Notes: generated by a model from the sequence alone, not told the origin. 64,000 bases of DNA from Candidatus Parcubacteria bacterium (GCA_023130975.1 JAGMAD010000006.1:23187-87186), one strand, 5' to 3'. Shown: positions 27,355-36,359, numbered from the stretch's first letter. A program made the numbers and translations.

Positions 27355-27450
27355 AATAATTATTTCCTCTAATTAAAATTATTTTAGGTCGACCTTTATA
27401 AATTATCTTTATCAAAATATCTCAATTCATTAAACTGATATATCTTTAAT

Positions 27451-28584
27451 CTACTTAATAATCCCGCCTTCTTTTTTAATCACCTTCATCTTAGTCTTTA
27501 TTTCTTCCTTCAGTTTGTTATATCTGTCCCATGTCAACAGCCAAACCAAAGCAATGGAATCAATAGCGTCAGCCAGGACATAAACGCTTATTTTATCTAA
27601 CTTCTTTTTGTATTGCGGATTTTTTAATATCTTTAATTTCTTATACTCCCCTTCTTTAATATCTTCCGGAATAAAATCAGTGGACACGAGATAAGAAACA
27701 AAGCAAACCGCTTTGATATAATCATATATCTTTTTGTTTTTCTCGCCCAAAATCTCTTCATCAGCAAGTTTGCCTTTTGTTTTCTTTAACACCCATTTTC
27801 TTTTACTTAATTCGTCTATCACGCCGCAGAGGAAAGATTTTCTAAACTGTTTTTCTTTCTTTTTGTCTTTAACGAGTTCTGGAGCGCCCCCGATATCATA
27901 GTTAAAAACTTTTCTCTTTTTATCAAATTCAAAAAAAAATTTTATTTCTTTGTCCCAGTATTTCTCCATATCCGGGTGAATGGTAGAGGGCCCGTAAAAA
28001 TCTCTGGCGTCGCAGTGCGGAGGCACGTGGGCGTCAGCCAAATAATGGCTCAACATTAAAAAATAAAGCGTTATTTGATCATCGCTGAATATAATGTCAG
28101 AACCCTTTGGCTCGTCCTTTTGAATTAGGACCATATCCCTGATAGCGTGGGCCAAGGCCTCGCATCTGTCTGGCAGGACATATTTAGATTTTCGGCAGGT
28201 CTTTTCTTTTAATCTGGATTTATTGATTCCCAGCTTTTCCAATGAACGCAAGTGAGCCGGTGTTCTGTTTTTGAATTCTTTAGCTTCTTGTTTTTCTTTC
28301 TTGGTTAACGGTTTTTTAAGTTTCAATGTATGCCCGCCGGTGAGGTTGTCGGCTATAACGCTGTCGGGAAACCAGGCGCCTTTAACAAAAGCGTCTTTGT
28401 GCTTGTCAAAAAATTTCACAAAATTCTCAGCTTGTTTTTTAAAATGATCGTCAAAATCGTCGCCGAGAAAATAACCTTTGAAATTTTTCCCAAGAAAACT
28501 TCGCCTAAAAAATTTGGTTCTTTTAGGTCTCTTTAATCTCTCCAAGGCCATTAACGCCAGCCAGGCGTGAGCTATTGCTTTCAT
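27451..28584 (-). CDS. phospholipase C/P1-nuclease superfamily zinc hydrolase (putative)
   Basis: MKAIAHAWLAL.. and HYLADAHVPPHCD resemble the N-terminal His and H-x-x-D-x-H-x-P-x-H zinc motifs. ATG 28584 is preferred over track start 28611. Confidence 0.45.
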   Translation of the reverse strand: MKAIAHAWLALMALERLKRPKRTKFFRRSFLGKNFKGYFLGDDFDDHFKKQAENFVKFFDKHKDAFVKGAWFPDSVIADNLTGGHTLKLKKPLTKKEKQEAKEFKNRTPAHLRSLEKLGINKSRLKEKTCRKSKYVLPDRCEALAHAIRDMVLIQKDEPKGSDIIFSDDQITLYFLMLSHYLADAHVPPHCDARDFYGPSTIHPDMEKYWDKEIKFFFEFDKKRKVFNYDIGGAPELVKDKKKEKQFRKSFLCGVIDELSKRKWVLKKTKGKLADEEILGEKNKKIYDYIKAVCFVSYLVSTDFIPEDIKEGEYKKLKILKNPQYKKKLDKISVYVLADAIDSIALVWLLTWDRYNKLKEEIKTKMKVIKKEGGIIK

Positions 28585-28715
28585 AGTTTGATTATACCAA
28601 AAAACCGCCAAAAAAGCGATCTTGCCCCTGCAGGCATTACTGTTACGCTTGCCATCACTGCTATTAATAAAGCAACTGTAACCACTATTCCAACTATCTT
28701 TTTCTTGTTATCCAT
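28581..28715 (-). CDS. 44-aa membrane peptide
   Basis: MDNKKKIVGIVVTVALLIAVMASVTVMPAGARSLFWRFFGIIKL; strong SD AAAGGAGGAAAAC; ATGA overlap with the next gene. Confidence 0.5.
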   Translation of the reverse strand: MDNKKKIVGIVVTVALLIAVMASVTVMPAGARSLFWRFFGIIKL

Positions 28716-28910
28716 TTTTTGTTTTCCTCCTTTTCATTTAACGGATCTACCCAAGATTCTCGCTATTCTGGTGTCTCGGATAGCCTAATTTATCTACCAA
28801 ACCTTTGGCAAACAAATTAGATTATCCGAGTTTCATTTAATCCATATTTTATTGAAAAAATACTGCTTTTTTTTAGCAAATTCAAATAACTCTGTCAAAT
28901 TTCCCACACA

Positions 28911-28935
28911 AAAAAATCGTCCAAAAGGCGATTTT
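28911..28935 (-). terminator. typA terminator
   Basis: Minus reading AAAATCGCCTTTTGGACGATTTTTTT. Confidence 0.55.
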
Positions 28936-28950
28936 CTGTATAACTTTGAA

Positions 28951-30756
28951 TTATTTATTCTCTCGTTTTGCTCTTGTGCGATCTATTTCTGTAAGATATT
29001 TCTTTCGCAACCTTACGTTTTTAGGCGTTATTTCTAGATATTCGTCTTTATCCATTATCTCTAACCCGGTTTCAATGGTTATAATTTGAGGAGGCGTAAG
29101 ATTAATCGCGTCGTCAGCAGCAGCAGCTCGCATATTGGTAAGATGCTTTCCTTTAATTGGATTTACCGTCATTTGCTCTCCTTTTGCCGTATTGCCAATT
29201 ACCATACCCTCATACACTTCGGTGTTTGCTTTAATATACAAGGTACCTCTGGTCTGTAAGTTATCAAGCGCATAAGCCAATGTTTTGCCAGTTGCTCCAG
29301 AAATCATCGACCCCACTTTTTTATGTGCAATTTCTCCCGCGTATTGACGGTATCCAATAACCCGTGTTGCTAAAATTCCGTTTCCTTTTGTATCTATAAC
29401 AAATTGGTTTCGATATCCAAATAAACCGCGGCTTGGACCTTCAAACTGCATAAAAGAACGGCCTTCTTGTAGCTCCATATGTATTAATTGCGCTCCACGA
29501 GAACTTAACTTTTCAATAACTGTTCCCTGAAACTCTTCTGGTACATCTGCTATAATTTCCTCAAAGGGCTCATGCTTTTCGCCGTCTCCGCCAGCTGGCG
29601 GATATTTTATAATCACCTGGGGCCGAGAAACCTGAAGCTCATACCCTTCTCTACGCATGTTTTCAATAAAAATAGCTACATGCAATTCTCCTCTTCCGTA
29701 TACAACAAATCGTTCAGCCGATTGCGCGTCAAAATCTATTTTTAATCCTACATTTACCTCAAGCTCTTTTTCTAAGCGCTCTCGAAGTTGTCGACTTGTT
29801 ACAAACTTTCCCTCGCGTCCAGCGAACGGAGAGTCGTTTACTAAAAATGTAAGTTCAATAGTAGGTTCGTCTATAGAAATACTTTCGAGCAACGGTTCAT
29901 CTGCAGATTTTGCCAACGTATCTCCAATATATGCATCTGGAAGTCCAGCAATTATGGCAATATCGCCAGCTTCAACGGTTTGTGCGTCTTTTCTAACAAT
30001 TCCCTCAAATGTAAATAGTTTTGTTACCTTATGGCTTGTAGTTTGCCTAGAATGCTTTTTTACATACACAGTATCTCCAACATTAACATTGCCGCTATGC
30101 ACACGAACAATTGCAAGCCGCCCTAAAAAATTGTCATATGCCAAATTAAAAGGCTGAGCGCGAAACACATTGTCATTATCTTTTGAGGCTACTGGCACAT
30201 GCTCTATAATTATGTCTAATACCGGAGTAATATCTTTTGTTTCGTCAGCAAGATTGCGTTTTACAATCCCATCTCTTGCAATGGCGTATACTACTGGAAA
30301 ATCGAGCTGCTCGTTCGTTGCTCCAAGCTCTGTAAACAATTCAAATACCTCGTTGTGCACACGATCCGGATTTGCTGCTGGCTTGTCAATTTTGTTAATT
30401 ACTAGTATAGGTCGCAATCCAAGCTCCAAGGACTTTTTTAATACAAAACGAGTTTGCGGCATTGGGCCTTCTTGCGCATCCACCACCAACAGCACTGAAT
30501 CAATAGAGCGCAATACTCTCTCTACCTCAGAACCAAAATCTGCATGCCCTGGCGTATCTACAATGTTAATTTTGGTATCTTTATATAATACGGCAGCATT
30601 CTTTGAGTAAATCGTAATTCCACGCTCTTTTTCAAGCGTGTTTGAGTCCATACTTACTTCTTTATCTGCAGCTCCTGTTTGCCGTAAAATAGCATCAGTA
30701 AGCGCGGTTTTCCCATGGTCTACATGGGCAATAATAGCTATATTTCGAATTTCCAT
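28951..30756 (-). CDS. typA: translational GTPase TypA/BipA
   Basis: 601 aa; IRNIAIIAHVDHGKTALTD, DTPGHADF, NKIDK; EF-G-like domains. Confidence 0.95.
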   Translation of the reverse strand: MEIRNIAIIAHVDHGKTALTDAILRQTGAADKEVSMDSNTLEKERGITIYSKNAAVLYKDTKINIVDTPGHADFGSEVERVLRSIDSVLLVVDAQEGPMPQTRFVLKKSLELGLRPILVINKIDKPAANPDRVHNEVFELFTELGATNEQLDFPVVYAIARDGIVKRNLADETKDITPVLDIIIEHVPVASKDNDNVFRAQPFNLAYDNFLGRLAIVRVHSGNVNVGDTVYVKKHSRQTTSHKVTKLFTFEGIVRKDAQTVEAGDIAIIAGLPDAYIGDTLAKSADEPLLESISIDEPTIELTFLVNDSPFAGREGKFVTSRQLRERLEKELEVNVGLKIDFDAQSAERFVVYGRGELHVAIFIENMRREGYELQVSRPQVIIKYPPAGGDGEKHEPFEEIIADVPEEFQGTVIEKLSSRGAQLIHMELQEGRSFMQFEGPSRGLFGYRNQFVIDTKGNGILATRVIGYRQYAGEIAHKKVGSMISGATGKTLAYALDNLQTRGTLYIKANTEVYEGMVIGNTAKGEQMTVNPIKGKHLTNMRAAAADDAINLTPPQIITIETGLEIMDKDEYLEITPKNVRLRKKYLTEIDRTRAKRENK

Positions 30757-30776
30757 GTTGGCAAATTTAACCTAAT

Positions 30777-30807
30777 AAAAAAATCTCCTCGATAATATAA
30801 GGAGATC
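30777..30807 (-). promoter_or_regulatory. intrinsic-terminator hairpin inside the typA leader (attenuator candidate)
   Basis: ATCTCCTtatattatcgAGGAGAT plus T7, 20 nt upstream of the typA ATG and downstream of a TTGACA promoter at 30926-30931. Confidence 0.55.
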
Positions 30808-31135
30808 ACGACAGCTCCGCGAACTAGCAAAACTACAAACAATTCTCGTGGTTTCGTCTCCCTGCCAAGCCGCATTAACGGCTTCTCGAATCGAACATCC
30901 TTAAAGTATCATATTTACTCCCGCCTGTCAATGACATAATGACATTTCTATTTGATTGCTCTACCCCACCCCGCCACTCACTATTTCTTAAACATAGAGT
31001 TGACCCCTTATTTTGGACCCCTTATTTTGTTTTTTAACTTAATTCCAATCCAAATAAAAAAACGCTTACTCAGTATAAAATACCTTTCAGCTTTTAGGGT
31101 TCTTTTTAATGTTTCTTATTTGCCTCGGTGGTGAA

Positions 31136-32374
31136 TTACCTTCTTCTCTTCTTGTGAGTTGTTTTTCTTGTCTTTAGATACACTTCTACTAACTTGCCTA
31201 ATGCGATTGCAGAAAACACGATGATAAGGGGTAAAAAGGACTTTATAAGCTCTTTAACCCTGGGTTTAATGAATGATGCTTGCACTGGTCCTAATTTAGC
31301 GTTTGGATTATCAAGAGAAATTTCTACCATACTATCCGTTTTTGCTCCAATCGCCATCCTAGCTTTTGGAGATAAATCTATATCCCTTTTTGTACTCACA
31401 TTAGGCCCATAATCTACGGGTTCTACTATAACTGATTTTCCATTTTCTATGTTTGTCACTTTTATTCTTTGATTTCTCAACCACGCTTTACTCCAAGGTC
31501 CTGTCGAATGGTATGGAGGCCATCTCATCGCACAGTAATAAGGTATTTCTTCATCGACTACTCGACCATAAAGATCTTCCCGATATAAAGATAACGCTAC
31601 TTTATTCCATTGTCTTTTTTGTTTGGGCTCATTCATCCAATTATCGAAATCTTTCTTTAGTTGCGGATTCTTCTTAAAGTATTCTGTAAAGAACTCTTCG
31701 TATGACATTTTTATTCCTATAGGAAGGCGTTCATTATAGAATTTTTTTCTGAGTTTTTTGTCTATCCATATATCGTCCTTGCCTCCGAATTCACTGCATT
31801 TTCCCCACACTGTTTCGCCTTTCAATACGTCCATTGCCTTATTTTCAAAGTAGATTGTTATGCTTTTAGATTTGCCTGAAGAGTGTCTGATGGTTATGGT
31901 AACCTTTTCGTTTGCGCCCTGATCTTCTCTTTTAGGAACGATATATTCACCTTCCATAGGTTCACCCACTGTAAGTTCTTTGGGAAGTCTAAGGATTCCA
32001 ATTTTAGGTGTCCGCTCATAGTCATAATCACCGGAACACATTATTTCAAAAGAAATTTTAGAAGTGCTCTTTCCGTATACGGGAAGCTTATCAGGCTTGG
32101 CAGATAAATATTTTATGCAATAGCCTTCTTGTTGGATAAGACAGGCATCAGAATTAGTATTGGGACTGCATGGATCACAAGGATTACTATCCATGAGATC
32201 TTCATCAAAATCATACTCGCCATCTTTATCACTGTCTGCTAAAGGATCCAATGAATCTAGAACGCAACCCGGGATCGGTTTAGCGGCAACAAGCGACGAA
32301 CAAACAACTGCAATCATCAATGTCATTACGATAACCACTATCATAAGGACTTTTTTCATTTTTTTTCTTTTCAC
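31136..32374 (-). CDS. secreted RlpA-like double-psi beta-barrel protein with C-terminal TM anchor
   Basis: 412 aa with signal peptide. Asp-rich Ca-binding-like DSDKDGEYDFDED. YYCAMRW..RIKVTNIENGKSVIVEPVDYGPN..DIDLSPKA is DPBB/RlpA-like. Confidence 0.6.
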   Translation of the reverse strand: MKRKKMKKVLMIVVIVMTLMIAVVCSSLVAAKPIPGCVLDSLDPLADSDKDGEYDFDEDLMDSNPCDPCSPNTNSDACLIQQEGYCIKYLSAKPDKLPVYGKSTSKISFEIMCSGDYDYERTPKIGILRLPKELTVGEPMEGEYIVPKREDQGANEKVTITIRHSSGKSKSITIYFENKAMDVLKGETVWGKCSEFGGKDDIWIDKKLRKKFYNERLPIGIKMSYEEFFTEYFKKNPQLKKDFDNWMNEPKQKRQWNKVALSLYREDLYGRVVDEEIPYYCAMRWPPYHSTGPWSKAWLRNQRIKVTNIENGKSVIVEPVDYGPNVSTKRDIDLSPKARMAIGAKTDSMVEISLDNPNAKLGPVQASFIKPRVKELIKSFLPLIIVFSAIALGKLVEVYLKTRKTTHKKRRR

Positions 32375-32552
32375 CTCCTTTCTTTTTTCAATCCGTCGTT
32401 AAAACCTTTCCTCAATATTTCATTTAGATAATCTATCAATATATCATTGAAAAAGTTCTGTTCTTTTTCTATCAAATTTCACAAACTCTGTCAAATTTTC
32501 CGCCTAAAAAACCGCCTCTTTGGCGATTTTTTAGGCCTTTCGGTCTCCTGAA

Positions 32553-32585
32553 CGCCTCACTACTCTGCTCCCGAGTTCAAACCTT
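32553..32585 (-). repeat. tRNA 3'-end-plus-trailer-like fragment
   Basis: Minus reading GGTTTGAACTCGGGAGCAGAGTAGTGAGGCG; compare genuine tRNA-Asn GGTTCGAATCCTACCCGCAGAGCAGAGTAGCGAAAG. Confidence 0.55.
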
Positions 32586-32643
32586 AAACGAACTTTAGAG
32601 GACTTTGGGTATATGGCAATGGTGAAGGAAAAACTGAACGAAA

Positions 32644-32886
32644 TCAAGATATCCTGCCGTAATTGCGGGATATTTTTATTTCCTTCGCTTTCCTAAAAAT
32701 TAGAATTGCTCCGCCAACTGGACGCTGCTCGCGCCTGCTTGATAAAAAATTTAGAGGAATAAAATACAATTTTGGATTTTTAAACAATAGCTCTGAATCC
32801 AAAGCTAACCATTTGGTCAATCTATCCAGAATTATTAAACCCAAAGCAAGAAATACTAAAAATCTTGCTCTATTTAGGTATTTCAT
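32644..32886 (-). pseudogene. LspA-like (signal peptidase II) N-terminal fragment interrupted by a family-1 element
   Basis: FLVFLALGLIILDRLTKWLAL matches the LspA N-terminal motif (compare B. subtilis ADQLTKWLV). The frame then runs through the repeat box (RREQRPVGGA) and stops, and the rest of lspA is absent. Confidence 0.35.
32708..32737 (-). repeat. family-1 element (variant 5' box)
   Basis: Minus reading CAGGCGCGAGCAGCGTCCAGTTGGCGGAGC. Confidence 0.65.
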
Positions 32887-32896
32887 CTTCAGGCAT

Positions 32897-34267
32897 TTAC
32901 TCGCCTTCAGGCGGTTTCTTTTCTAGTAATTGTTTGCAAGCTGGTTCCTGGGGATTTTGAGTACAATATTGTTTGCATTCCTCAGGACTAGTGCATTTCC
33001 CTTCTAATTCTGGGGGTACGCCTTCAGGCGGTTTCTCTTCGCCTTCAGGCGGTTTCTTTTCTAGTAATTGTTTGCAAGCTGGTTCCTGGGGATTTTGAGT
33101 ACAATATTGTTTGCATTCCTCAGGACTAGTGCATTTCCCTTCTAATTCTGGGGGTATTAGCATTTCTGGAGGCTTTCCTTCTGGGGACATGTCCTCTGGA
33201 GGTAGTCCCATCTCACCTTCTGAAGGCTTTGGCGTATATTTTTCAAAACAATTCTTTATTTTCTCACCAACTTCAGGACTAGGCATAAAGGTACCAGTTT
33301 GAATTTTCTCCAAAACTTCTTCTCCTACGGTTGACTTTATACATTCTAAAACTTCTGGCGGCGCTTGCTTTAATCCCTCCTGTAATTGCTGTATGCCTTC
33401 TTTCGTTTTCTGAATTTCTTCCTCAGGAATTAAATCGTGCTCCTTGGCAAAATTAAAACAAACTTCTTGATTAGCCGGGTTGTTGCAAAAAGCCTCACAT
33501 TCTTCTTTACTCTGACAACCACCTGGTCCTTGGCCACCGGTTTTTAAAAACATTTCTTTCTCCTCTGGCGTCATTAATCCAGCTTTAGAGGCAAAATCAG
33601 CACATTCTTGAAAATGAATCTTTTGAGCACAGTAAGCCTCGCATTCCTCTTTAGCCTGACAGCCGCCGGGGCTCTCCCCTTTTGCCATTAAAGACACTGC
33701 TTTCATTCCCCGGCTGCACTCTTCTGAAGATAGTATCCCTATCTTACAAGCATACGAGAAGCACTCTCGCATATGTTTCCGCTGTGAACAATAAGCATCA
33801 CACTTTTCCTTGGTTCTACAGTTTCCCGGGAAAGGAATTCCAGCCAGCATAGCCTTTCTTACCAGTCTTGCTTCCCTCGCTTCTTCTGGAGGAATAATTC
33901 CGATTTTTTCAGCATAATCTATACATTCTTCTATCACAGTCGGATTTTTACAATAAGCATCACATTCTTCTTTACCTTTACATCCACCAGGGCTTTCCAC
34001 CCCTTCAGCTAAGGCCTTTACTACTTTTTTAGCTACTTCTAATTCTTCTGGAGTCATTAAGTTGTGAGCTTCAGCAAAAGATACACATTCTTCAATGTTT
34101 TCCCAACTATCGCAATAAGCCTGACATTCATCTTCATTCTGGCAATTTCCTAATTCCTCCACCGGATAATTTATTTCATCAGCAAAAACCAGAAAACCCG
34201 CTAAAAGTCCAGCACCAAGAATAATAAATAGAGGGAGTAAATTGATATTGTCTTTAATTCTAAGCAT
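32897..34267 (-). CDS. secreted Cys-rich repeat protein (about 8 copies of a C-x4-6-EC-x2-YC..EC..FA module)
   Basis: 456 aa; signal anchor; modules such as GGCKGKEECDAYCKNPTVIEECIDYA; Pro/Glu-rich linkers. Confidence 0.65.
   Translation of the reverse strand: MLRIKDNINLLPLFIILGAGLLAGFLVFADEINYPVEELGNCQNEDECQAYCDSWENIEECVSFAEAHNLMTPEELEVAKKVVKALAEGVESPGGCKGKEECDAYCKNPTVIEECIDYAEKIGIIPPEEAREARLVRKAMLAGIPFPGNCRTKEKCDAYCSQRKHMRECFSYACKIGILSSEECSRGMKAVSLMAKGESPGGCQAKEECEAYCAQKIHFQECADFASKAGLMTPEEKEMFLKTGGQGPGGCQSKEECEAFCNNPANQEVCFNFAKEHDLIPEEEIQKTKEGIQQLQEGLKQAPPEVLECIKSTVGEEVLEKIQTGTFMPSPEVGEKIKNCFEKYTPKPSEGEMGLPPEDMSPEGKPPEMLIPPELEGKCTSPEECKQYCTQNPQEPACKQLLEKKPPEGEEKPPEGVPPELEGKCTSPEECKQYCTQNPQEPACKQLLEKKPPEGE
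32902..33155 (-). repeat. in-frame tandem duplication, period 138 bp (116 bp identical)
   Basis: 32902-33017 is identical to 33040-33155; duplicates PPELEGKCTSPEECKQYCTQNPQEPACKQLLEKKPPEGE. Confidence 0.9.
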
Positions 34268-34270
34268 AAA

Positions 34271-34513
34271 TTATTCAAAAGGATTTATTTTTAATCCTTC
34301 AAAAGGATTGATTTTGGCCTTAAAAGGATTGGTCTGGGGAATTTTTTCTGCCGGATTCCGGACCATTTCATAAATTTTTTCACCAAAAGTTTTTGCCTCT
34401 TCTTTTTCCAAGGGCTCAATGGTAATTTCGGGGTATTTCTGGAAAAAATAAAAAGCACCTCCAGTAACCAATAAAACAATGATGATAAAAATTATAATAA
34501 CTTTTGGCTTCAT
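34271..34513 (-). CDS. small membrane-anchored protein
   Basis: 80 aa; N-terminal TM; C-terminal INPFEGLKINPFE repeat. Confidence 0.5.
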   Translation of the reverse strand: MKPKVIIIFIIIVLLVTGGAFYFFQKYPEITIEPLEKEEAKTFGEKIYEMVRNPAEKIPQTNPFKAKINPFEGLKINPFE

Positions 34514-34662
34514 ATTTTTATTATACTAAATTCTAGAAAAGAAAGAAACTGTGGATAATTTATTATTCAACTTTCCATAATAATTAAAATTTTTGTATTC
34601 ATAATTCTATTCTACCAAAAAACCGCCTAACTGAAAAGGCAACGGAAGAAAAGGTAGATTCT

Positions 34663-34848
34663 CTATTTTTTAACAGAAAGAAAAAAGATGATAAATAGTA
34701 CAAATCCAACCCCAAGACCAATATACATACCAGGAACAAGTTTATCTGTTAAGAAACCTATTCCCATACCAATGAAAAGACCAGCTGGAATAAAAAGAGC
34801 ACTTATTCCTCTTTTGTCTTTTTTTTCTTTAATTTCTTGTTCTTCCAT
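34663..34848 (-). CDS. small 2-TM membrane protein
   Basis: 61 aa, hydrophobic. Confidence 0.45.
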   Translation of the reverse strand: MEEQEIKEKKDKRGISALFIPAGLFIGMGIGFLTDKLVPGMYIGLGVGFVLFIIFFLSVKK

Positions 34849-34892
34849 ATTTTTAATTATGATTTATTTTAAGACCTTTTTTTTATTCTATC

Positions 34893-34918
34893 AAAACACC
34901 ACCTCCATTACAAGGTGG
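34893..34918 (-). terminator. terminator CCACCT/AGGTGG plus T-run
   Basis: Minus reading CCACCTtgtaatggAGGTGGtgTTTTG. Confidence 0.6.
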
Positions 34919-34927
34919 CATAAATTT

Positions 34928-34957
34928 GCTCTGCCAGCGGGACGCTGTCAGAACCTG
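34928..34957 (-). repeat. family-1 tRNA-like 3' element
   Basis: Minus reading CAGGTTCTGACAGCGTCCCGCTGGCAGAGC, 14 nt after the stop of the hydrolase gene. Confidence 0.65.
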
Positions 34958-34970
34958 TTTAGTGGGTAGT

Positions 34971-35480
34971 TTAGCTTAAAATATACCTCTCAAGCTTGGA
35001 AAAATTAATGGTATCAAAATGGTCATCTCCTTCAATCTCAATCAACTTACCATTAACATAGTTGGCTAAATCCTCTCCGTGTTTCAATGGTACCCAAGGG
35101 TTTTTTGTTTGATTTAGAATAAAGAATTCTTCGCAATTCTGCTTGATTTTCTGCCAATCAAAATCTTGTTCAAAAAAATTATTCGTTGGCTTAGAACCGA
35201 ATTTCCTGATTGGTGTTGCAATTAAAACACATCTCTTTATCTTCTCATCTATCTTCTCTAAATATTTTAAAATAGCTGTGCCACCTAAACTATGACCAGC
35301 AAGAACCGAATTATCATCGGGGTCAAAATCTTCAATAATACTTACCCACTGTTCTTTTTTAGAATGTTTCGTGTTGGGCATATCTGGCACAATAACCTTA
35401 AGACCTAACTTTTCTAATCTCTCCTTTTCTTCTAAAAACCAGTGCTCTTCTGGATTACTTTCCCATCCATGAAGTATTTG
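34971..35480 (-). CDS. serine hydrolase (YdeN/RBBP9, alpha/beta fold) lacking a canonical start codon
   Basis: GHSLGG nucleophile elbow. The open frame extends 30 codons above the track GTG start and encodes the conserved ILHGWESNPEEHWF. It is bounded by TAA at 35481-35483 with no ATG/GTG/TTG. Confidence 0.55.
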   Translation of the reverse strand, partial: QILHGWESNPEEHWFLEEKERLEKLGLKVIVPDMPNTKHSKKEQWVSIIEDFDPDDNSVLAGHSLGGTAILKYLEKIDEKIKRCVLIATPIRKFGSKPTNNFFEQDFDWQKIKQNCEEFFILNQTKNPWVPLKHGEDLANYVNGKLIEIEGDDHFDTINFSKLERYILS

Positions 35481-35531
35481 TTATAATAAAAAGCAGAGAA
35501 AGGTCGATAACATCTAACTTTTTATTGTTTT

Positions 35532-36221
35532 ATGAAGAACAAATATTTATTCATTATTCTTGCTTTAGTTATTGCTATCCTGTTAATTAACTTCAAGGTG
35601 TTTCTTGACGGTATAACAACGCAAAGAATGTTGGCTAAGGTCTTGGTTGAAAAGCTAGCTAAGAGCACTAAGTGTATGACGATCCAGGACGGTTCACTAT
35701 ATACCTCTGATGGCGAGCTGATCAACACAGGTTATAGCCAGTGGGGCTATAACTACCAGGCGCATATGTTTAATGGCATGTATTGTGATTATCATCCAAT
35801 GTATCGTCCTGGGGGCGCCTATTACGAGTGGTGCCAAGACAATTATGGAAATGATAGATTAATGATGAAGTGGAATAATGCCTGGTTGTCTAACAAAGAC
35901 TGTAATGCTGACGGGCTTTTAGATCGTTATTATGGATACGACAGTTACATTGGCTCTGGCGCTTGGTTGACAAACCACACGAGTGGCATGTACCAGGAAG
36001 GCGAGCAGTCCTGTTCCTGGAATTATTTTGTTAAGATTGTCGCCGCGCCCAGTGACGCTGAAAAAGTAGGTAATGTTTGGCATTTAGCCGATGGCACAGA
36101 ATTAGGAGAGGTTATCTGGGGATCATTTGCTATAGTCCAAAGCATATACAATGATACCTGTACAGGTGAACATGGGATTGAGTATTTGAGCCCAGCTGGT
36201 CCTGGTTTCGGCAAGTTCTAA
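35532..36221 (+). CDS. secreted Trp/Tyr-rich hypothetical protein
   Basis: 229 aa; signal anchor; visibly more GC-rich than its neighbours; only + gene in a long minus-strand run. Confidence 0.6.
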   Translation: MKNKYLFIILALVIAILLINFKVFLDGITTQRMLAKVLVEKLAKSTKCMTIQDGSLYTSDGELINTGYSQWGYNYQAHMFNGMYCDYHPMYRPGGAYYEWCQDNYGNDRLMMKWNNAWLSNKDCNADGLLDRYYGYDSYIGSGAWLTNHTSGMYQEGEQSCSWNYFVKIVAAPSDAEKVGNVWHLADGTELGEVIWGSFAIVQSIYNDTCTGEHGIEYLSPAGPGFGKF

Positions 36222-36264
36222 TCCGATCTAACCCGCCTCTTAATTTATTAGATCTTGTTCGGTT

Positions 36265-36297
36265 GTGGCTCGGGTTAAAACCCGGGCCACTCTTTTA
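36265..36297 (+). terminator. terminator GTGGCTCGGG/CCCGGGCCAC
   Basis: 10-bp stem (one G.T) followed by TCTTTT; between convergent genes. Confidence 0.65.
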
Positions 36298-36359
36298 ACA
36301 AAAATCAGTTCGTATCGGAAAATGCTGGCTCCGAGGGACGGACGATGTTAAAATTTGTT

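Noticed and set aside
32648-32676. Orphan plus-strand terminator ATATCCTGC-cgtaatt-GCGGGATAT plus T-run as evidence for a plus-strand sRNA
   Set aside because: No convincing plus-strand promoter lies upstream, and the palindrome sits inside the LspA-like fragment region and may simply be repeat debris
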